DNA from: Candidatus Sericytochromatia bacterium
Lineage (GTDB): Bacteria > Cyanobacteriota > Sericytochromatia > S15B-MN24 > UBA4093
Direction: 5' to 3'
Assembly: GCA_036676455.1 (NCBI GenBank)
Contig: JAKFCW010000011.1
Span: 128,268 to 192,267, forward strand
Length of the DNA stretch: 64,000 nt
Shown here: positions 58,639-64,000 of the stretch, in pieces
Layout: every line of letters starts with the position of its first letter
Position numbering within the stretch: the stretch's first letter is position 1
The notes under the pieces: generated by a model
Database searches by the model: none
Told to the model about the DNA's origin: nothing
What the model saw: the letters and a program-made list of their open reading frames with translations, nothing else
Made by a program: the position numbers and the translations under genes

Positions 58639-59892
58639 ATGTCCCGTAAACGGATCACGACGCTAGGAGCCGTCCTGGTTGCAGCAAGCCTGACGGTCGC
58701 GTGCGGGACGTCCCCCACCCAGGTCGGCCAGCTCAACGGCCAGAACGCCAGCTCGATCAAGCGCTTCGCAGCCAAGAAGGTCGATCGCCAGAGCGAGGCC
58801 TCGCTCGGTGAGGTGGTCCTGCGCGTGCCTCGCGGCACCTCCCTTGACGTCGGCAGCAGCGAGCTCGATCGCTTCACCTTCGGCGACAAGGAGTACGTGC
58901 TGCTCGAGGGCGGCAAGCAGGTCAACGCTCTGATCGCCAAGTACGGCGCCTCCCAGGGCGTGCTGGGGGCCCAGCGGAACTTCAAGCGCTTCGCGCTGGA
59001 GGACGCGCCGCGGACGGCCGTCGAGCCCAACGACGAGTTCTATCACCTGCAATACAGCCTGAGCCAGCAGAACATCTCCCGGGTCTGGAACGTCGCGCGC
59101 GGAGCCGACACCCTGGTCGCCGTGGTGGACACCGGCGTTGACCATTCGCACCCCGACCTCAAGGGCACGGTCATCGACAGCCCGGACATGACGTTCACCA
59201 AGAAGTGGTACCAGTTCGGCAAGAAGAACCCCGGCTCGATGGATCGCGATGGGCACGGCACGCACGTGGCCGGCATCATCGGGGCGATCGCCAACAACAA
59301 CATCGGCGTGGCCGGCGTCGCTCCCAGCACCAAGATCCTCGGCGTCAAGGTCCTCGGCGAGAACGCCACCATGTACTCCGTCATGAAGGGCATCGCCTAC
59401 TCCGTCAACCAGGGCGCCAAGGTCATCAACCTCAGCCTCGGCGGCGCGTTGACCGACAGCGTCGAGCGCGCCTTCTACGAGGAGGACCTCGCCCGGCACA
59501 ACGTGCTCATCGTGTCGGCGGCCGGCAACGACGGCATCGCCAACATGGGCTTCCCCGCCTCCTTCAAGAACGTCATGGCCGTCGGCTCCGTCAACCAGAC
59601 CCAGAAGCTCTCGACCTTCTCCTGCTACGGCTACGGCATGAGCGTCGTGGCCCCCGGCGAAGGCATCCTGAGCACCTTCCCCGGCGGCACCTACGCCATG
59701 ATCGACGGCACCTCCATGGCCACCCCCTTCGTCTCGGGCGCCGCCGCCCTCGTCTGGAGCAAGCACCCCCAGTGGACCGCCCAGCAGGTGCGCCAGCGCC
59801 TCGAGCAGACCGCCACGGACCTGGGCGACGCCGGCTTCGACCCCAAGTACGCCAACGGCCTGATCAACCTGGAAAAGGCGCTCGCCGACTAA
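58639..59892 (+). CDS. S8 family (subtilisin-like) serine protease lipoprotein
   Basis: AAGGAG RBS. Lipobox VAASLTVAC. Catalytic triad motifs VAVVDTGVDHSHPDL, HGTHVAGIIGA and GTSMATPFVSGAAAL. Confidence 0.9.
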   Translation: MSRKRITTLGAVLVAASLTVACGTSPTQVGQLNGQNASSIKRFAAKKVDRQSEASLGEVVLRVPRGTSLDVGSSELDRFTFGDKEYVLLEGGKQVNALIAKYGASQGVLGAQRNFKRFALEDAPRTAVEPNDEFYHLQYSLSQQNISRVWNVARGADTLVAVVDTGVDHSHPDLKGTVIDSPDMTFTKKWYQFGKKNPGSMDRDGHGTHVAGIIGAIANNNIGVAGVAPSTKILGVKVLGENATMYSVMKGIAYSVNQGAKVINLSLGGALTDSVERAFYEEDLARHNVLIVSAAGNDGIANMGFPASFKNVMAVGSVNQTQKLSTFSCYGYGMSVVAPGEGILSTFPGGTYAMIDGTSMATPFVSGAAALVWSKHPQWTAQQVRQRLEQTATDLGDAGFDPKYANGLINLEKALAD

Positions 59893-59910
59893 CCATCCAC
59901 CCCATTTCCG

Positions 59911-59940
59911 ACGGCCCCGCGGATCGCTCCGCGGGGCCGT
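59911..59940 (+). terminator. GC-rich hairpin after the S8 protease gene
   Basis: 13-bp stem ACGGCCCCGCGGA / TCCGCGGGGCCGT with loop TCGC. Weak U-tract. Confidence 0.45.
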
Positions 59941-60124
59941 CCTCGTGCTTGACGCGACCGCGGATTGCGCTTATCCGCATCACATAAAAGCCGCATCATC
60001 ACTAGGTTTCAGGCCGTTTTTTTCGGTACTAAGTACGGTTCAGGCCGATTCCGACTGCTGGCATGCTGAATTGGCCCCCTTTCGTCTTCTCTGGCCGATG
60101 GCCAGGCGAGGCGGCGCGCTAGAG

Positions 60125-61993
60125 ATGGAGCCCATGAGCAGCATCGCGATCGAACTCTATCGCTCGGTAGCGGTATCGGCCTGCGAGGCCATCAGCCCCG
60201 AAGCGGCAGTCCTGAACTGCCTCACGCGGATTTGCCGCCTGATGGACTGGCAAGTGGGGCACGTCTACCTCCCCAGCGAGACCATGGACTCCCTGGCCAC
60301 CGGAGGCCTCTGGTACCTTTCCAACCCGATTCGCTTCGGCGCCTTCAAGGCCTACACCGAGACCCTGGTCATCACCCCGGGGACAGGCCTGGTCGGAACG
60401 GCCTACGCCTCCGGAGAGGCCCGCTGGATCTCCGACGCCTCGCATGCCACGGGCTTCCTGCGCGCTGTTCAGGCCCTGGAGGTCGGCCTGCGCTCCGCCT
60501 TCGCCTTCCCGATTCGAACCCACGATGAGACGCTGGGAGTGATGGAGTTCTTCAGCTCGCGTTCCGTCGAGGCCGAGCCCGAGCTCTTCGCGACGATGGA
60601 GGACGTGGCGCACCTGCTCGGCGAGGTCATCAAGCGCAAGCAGATGGAGTCCGCGGTGATGAAGCAATCCGTCAACTCCGACCCGCTGACCCACCTGCCG
60701 AATCGCGCGAACTTCAGCCAGCGCCTGCAACAGGCCATCGCGGCCGCGCGCCGCACAGGCATGCCGGGAGCCGTGCTTTTCCTCGATCTCGACCGCTTCA
60801 AGGTCGTCAACGAGACGCTGGGCCACGAAGCCGGCGATCGCCTCCTGCGCGCGGTCGCCGAGCGCCTCTTGCCCTTCGGCCGACAGTTCGACCACCTGGC
60901 CCGCCTCGGAGGCGACGAGTTCACGCTGCTTCTCCCCGGGCTGGAGCGGCCGGAAGACTGCCGGAAAGCCGCGAACGCGATCATGGAGACCTTCGAGCGC
61001 CCGTTCACGCTGGACGGCCACTCCCTCTACCTCACTGTCAGCATCGGAGGCAGCCTCTTCCCGCAGGACGGCGAAGATGCCGCAACCCTCATGAAGCACG
61101 CCTGCATCGCGCTCGAAGCGGCCAAGAAGCAACAGAGCACGGTGATGTTCTACCACCCCACCATGCACTCGGCCACCTCCGAGCGCCTCATCCTCGAGCA
61201 CCACCTGCGCAAGGCCTTGGACAGCGACGAGCTGGTGCTTCACTACCAGCCCCAGGTCTGCCTCCACAGCGGGGCGATCGTCGGAGCGGAAGTGCTGGTC
61301 CGCTGGCAGCATCCCGAGATGGGCCTGATTTCCCCCGGCAAGTTCATCCCGCTGGCCGAGGAAACCGGCCTCATCATGCCGATGACCGAGCAGATCTTGC
61401 AGAAAGTCTGCCGGCAGGGACGAAAATGGCAGGACGAGGGGCTTCCCCCCGTTCGTCTCGCGGTCAACCTTTCTGGCAACCACTTCAAGCGCACGGGGCT
61501 CGACGAGTCGATCCTGGGAATCATCCGCTCGAGCGGCTTTCCCGCCGATTGCCTCGAGCTCGAGCTGACCGAGGGGATCATGATGGAGAACGTGGAAGGC
61601 ACCATCGCGACCCTGACCCTCCTCAACGCGCATGGCATCCAGTTCGCGGTCGACGACTTCGGCACCGGCTACTCGTCGCTCAGCTACCTCAAGCGCTTCC
61701 CCCTCAGCGTCCTCAAGATCGACCAGTCCTTCGTCCGGGACATCGCGACCGACCCCGAGGATCGCGCGATCGTCAGCGCCATCATCGCCCTGGCCCACCG
61801 CTTGCACCTGGAGGTCATCGCCGAGGGCGTCGAAACCGAGGAGCAGCTCCGCTACCTGCAAGATCAGGGCTGCGACTACGCGCAAGGCTACTTCTTCAGC
61901 CGGCCGCTCGCCGAGTCCTTGTTCAGGGCGCAGCTGGAGGCGGAGCGCCTGCGGCCCATGGGGGCCTCGGCGCTGCAGGCCATCGCCAGCTAG
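60125..61993 (+). CDS. GAF-GGDEF-EAL signalling protein
   Basis: ORF 59945..61993; ATG at 60125. GAF-like N-domain. GGDEF in ARLGGDEFTLL. EVL variant of EAL in GAEVLVRWQHP. DDFGTGYSSLSYLKRFP. Confidence 0.85.
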   Translation: MEPMSSIAIELYRSVAVSACEAISPEAAVLNCLTRICRLMDWQVGHVYLPSETMDSLATGGLWYLSNPIRFGAFKAYTETLVITPGTGLVGTAYASGEARWISDASHATGFLRAVQALEVGLRSAFAFPIRTHDETLGVMEFFSSRSVEAEPELFATMEDVAHLLGEVIKRKQMESAVMKQSVNSDPLTHLPNRANFSQRLQQAIAAARRTGMPGAVLFLDLDRFKVVNETLGHEAGDRLLRAVAERLLPFGRQFDHLARLGGDEFTLLLPGLERPEDCRKAANAIMETFERPFTLDGHSLYLTVSIGGSLFPQDGEDAATLMKHACIALEAAKKQQSTVMFYHPTMHSATSERLILEHHLRKALDSDELVLHYQPQVCLHSGAIVGAEVLVRWQHPEMGLISPGKFIPLAEETGLIMPMTEQILQKVCRQGRKWQDEGLPPVRLAVNLSGNHFKRTGLDESILGIIRSSGFPADCLELELTEGIMMENVEGTIATLTLLNAHGIQFAVDDFGTGYSSLSYLKRFPLSVLKIDQSFVRDIATDPEDRAIVSAIIALAHRLHLEVIAEGVETEEQLRYLQDQGCDYAQGYFFSRPLAESLFRAQLEAERLRPMGASALQAIAS

Positions 61994-61994
61994 C

Positions 61995-64000
61995 TCACGG
62001 TCGATTTCGCGCCGGCTCGGGCGCGGGAACGATAACCTCGTAGATCGAGACAGGCTCGGATTTCCCCTTCACGACCAGGCGATCGATGAAACGGGTCTCG
62101 AACGGGCCCTGGAGGCCCTTGAGGGCGTACTCGCTGATGATGAGCGGGAGGCGGTAGTCCTTGGTCAGGCTCTCGAGCCGCGAGGCCAGGTTGACCGTGT
62201 CGCTGATGACCGTCCCTTCCATGCGGCGCTGCTCGCCCACCGTGCCGAGCATGAGGTCGCCCGAGTTGATGCCGATGCCGATCTCGATGGGCACGTAGCC
62301 CGCCCGCTTGCGGCCCTCGTTGTAGACCTCCAGCTGGCGCAGCATGGCAAGCCCCGCCCTCACCGCGTCATCCGGCCCCCCCTCGAAGAGCGCCATGATG
62401 GCGTCACCCATGTACTTGTCGATGAAGCCGCCGTGCTCCCGGATGATCGGCCCCATCTGCGACAGGTAAGCGTTGATGAACTTGAAGTTGTCCAGCGGTG
62501 TCATCGTCTCGGAAAGCGTCGTGAACGAGCGGATGTCCGAGAAGAGCACGGTCATGGTCTTTTGCACCTGGTCGCCGAGCTGGACGTCCACGATGCTCTC
62601 CTTGTTGAGCATCCGCATCAGCTCATGCGGCACGAAGCGCGAGGTCGCGATGTGGTAGCGCGACAGGTTGAGGTGGGTCTTGATGCGCGACAGCAGTTCC
62701 GGCTTGGAGATGGGCTTGGTGAGGTAGTCGTTGGCCCCCGAGTTGAAGCCGTCCACCAGGTCCGAGAGCTGGTTCTTGGCGGTCAAGAGCAGAATCGGCA
62801 GCTCGTTGGCGGGGTAGCGCTCGCGAATCTTCCGGCAGACCTCATAGCCCGACATCCGGGGCATCATCACGTCGAGCAGGACCACGTCGAAATGGCGTCC
62901 CTCGTCGATCAAGGCGAGGGCCTCCAGGCCGTTCATCGCCTTGGTGACCGTGTAGTTCTGGAGCGAGAGCTGGTTGATCAGGACCTGCAGGTTCACCAGC
63001 TCGTCGTCCACCACCAGGATGTGCACCGGCTCGCCCTCGGGTTTGCCGGCAGCCTGCGGGACCGTCTGGGTGAGCACCAGCTCCCGGGAGGCTTGCGGCG
63101 TCTCCTGGATGCGGCTGAGCGCTAAGGGCTCGGGCCGGCGCTCGGCCTCCGCGGAGGCGAGAGGCAGCGTGAAGTGGAAGCGCGAGCCCTCGCCCATGAC
63201 CGACTCGACCCAGATGCGGCCGCCGTGAAGCTCGACGAGTTGCCTGGTGATGCTGAGGCCCACACCCGTCCCACCGTACTCGCGAGAGACCGAGGCGTCC
63301 ACCTGCTCGAAGGACTTGAAGATGTCCTCGAACTTGTCCTCGGGGATGCCGATGCCCGTGTCGGAGACCGTGACCGTGACGAAGGCGGGCGGAAGGCCCG
63401 AGGCCATATCCGAGAGGGAGGCGGAGACCGTGACCGCACCAGAGTCGGTGAACTTGAGGGCGTTGCCGATCAGGTTGTGGAGGATCTGCATCAGGCGATC
63501 CTCGTCTCCGTCGATGGCCGGGAGCGCGTCGGGGATCGCGTTGTGTATAGTTATCGCCCTCCCGGCGGCCAGCGGCCTCGACAGTGTGAGCACCACCTCG
63601 GCCACCTGGCGCAGGTCAAGCGGCTTGCGCTGCAAGGTGAGGTCATGGTTGCGCAGCTTCGAGAAGTCGAGCATGGAGTTGACCAGGTTGCCCAGACGGC
63701 GGCCGCTGGAGGCGATCATGCCGAGGTTGGCGACGGTGGCCGGAGGCAAAGGCCCGGTCGCACCGTCGATCAGGGACTCCGCCAGCCCGATGATGCCATG
63801 CAGCGGCGTGCGCAGCTCATGCGAGGTGTTGGCCAGGAACTCGTTCTTGAGCGTGTCCAGCGAGAGCAGGCGCTGGGACATGGCCTCGATGGTGGCGAAG
63901 GCCCGCGAGAAGCGCTGCGACAGCAAGAACGACTGCGTGAAGATGAAGACGATCAGGCCGTAGGGCACGATGTAGGCGCCGCCGATCAGGTGCTGGGTGA
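61995..64000 (-). CDS. hybrid sensor histidine kinase - receiver - class III adenylate/guanylate cyclase (CyaC-like), 5' end outside window
   Basis: The frame stays open to the window edge. H-box [14 protein letters not shown], HATPase DTGIGIP/GGTGVGLSI. REC ILVVDDELVNLQVL...VLLDVMMPRMSG. Cyclase TVLFSDIRSFTTLSE...GDAIMALF...GINSGDLMLGTVG. Confidence 0.85.
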   Translation of the reverse strand, partial: TQHLIGGAYIVPYGLIVFIFTQSFLLSQRFSRAFATIEAMSQRLLSLDTLKNEFLANTSHELRTPLHGIIGLAESLIDGATGPLPPATVANLGMIASSGRRLGNLVNSMLDFSKLRNHDLTLQRKPLDLRQVAEVVLTLSRPLAAGRAITIHNAIPDALPAIDGDEDRLMQILHNLIGNALKFTDSGAVTVSASLSDMASGLPPAFVTVTVSDTGIGIPEDKFEDIFKSFEQVDASVSREYGGTGVGLSITRQLVELHGGRIWVESVMGEGSRFHFTLPLASAEAERRPEPLALSRIQETPQASRELVLTQTVPQAAGKPEGEPVHILVVDDELVNLQVLINQLSLQNYTVTKAMNGLEALALIDEGRHFDVVLLDVMMPRMSGYEVCRKIRERYPANELPILLLTAKNQLSDLVDGFNSGANDYLTKPISKPELLSRIKTHLNLSRYHIATSRFVPHELMRMLNKESIVDVQLGDQVQKTMTVLFSDIRSFTTLSETMTPLDNFKFINAYLSQMGPIIREHGGFIDKYMGDAIMALFEGGPDDAVRAGLAMLRQLEVYNEGRKRAGYVPIEIGIGINSGDLMLGTVGEQRRMEGTVISDTVNLASRLESLTKDYRLPLIISEYALKGLQGPFETRFIDRLVVKGKSEPVSIYEVIVPAPEPARNRP

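Noticed and set aside
58663-63125. ORFs 58663..59766(-), 59205..59987(+), 60119..61885(-), 61426..62043(+) and 61632..63125(+)
   Set aside because: Each overlaps a motif-rich gene in another frame or on the opposite strand (S8 protease, GAF-GGDEF-EAL, kinase-cyclase). No independent evidence supports any of them.
1-64000. CRISPR arrays, rRNA genes, transposase/IS elements
   Set aside because: No regularly spaced repeat array was seen, no rRNA-like sequence, and no DDE or IS-type transposase ORF in any frame. The only mobility genes are the two site-specific recombinases in the tRNA-Pro island.

Overview
This is a high-GC chromosomal segment from a diderm (Gram-negative-type) bacterium. That call rests on a TolC-family gene, lipoboxes and outer-membrane-barrel-like proteins. 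Most of the window is ordinary housekeeping, stress and signalling genes, and GC-rich shadow ORFs account for most of the six-frame track.

Three regions stand out.

(1) tRNA-Pro island, 2206-12847. A tRNA-Pro(GGG) gene is followed by a roughly 10.6-kb, visibly AT-richer composite island. The island is punctuated by repeated copies of the tRNA 3' end. It carries a large serine recombinase, a tyrosine recombinase, an HNH-domain protein, an XRE regulator and several secreted proteins. It also holds an integrase-less ArsR/cation-transporter cassette flanked by 84-bp direct repeats.

(2) NHLP peptide locus, 21441-32241. Two tandem nitrile-hydratase-like leader peptide (NHLP) precursors have double-glycine cleavage sites and Cys-free cores. 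They lie convergent with a translationally coupled seven-gene export operon: cNMP-binding protein, HlyD adaptor, C39-peptidase ABC exporter, second ABC exporter, lipoprotein, outer-membrane barrel and TolC. A GNAT acetyltransferase sits just upstream. No classical RiPP maturase is visible. This is my best candidate for an under-described system.

(3) Candidate regulatory sites. Two CsoR/CstR-type operators are embedded in the promoter of a CoA-persulfide-reductase-like gene. Matching 17-bp palindromes flank an Rrf2 regulator. An ArsR-type palindrome overlaps a promoter.

Other notable genes are a rifampin-phosphotransferase-family gene, a stand-alone SIR2-like gene, a globin-coupled MCP and a CyaC-like kinase-receiver-cyclase.

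All calls come from reading motifs by eye. No searches or folding programs were run. Hand-counted hairpin and repeat coordinates may be off by 1-2 nt.
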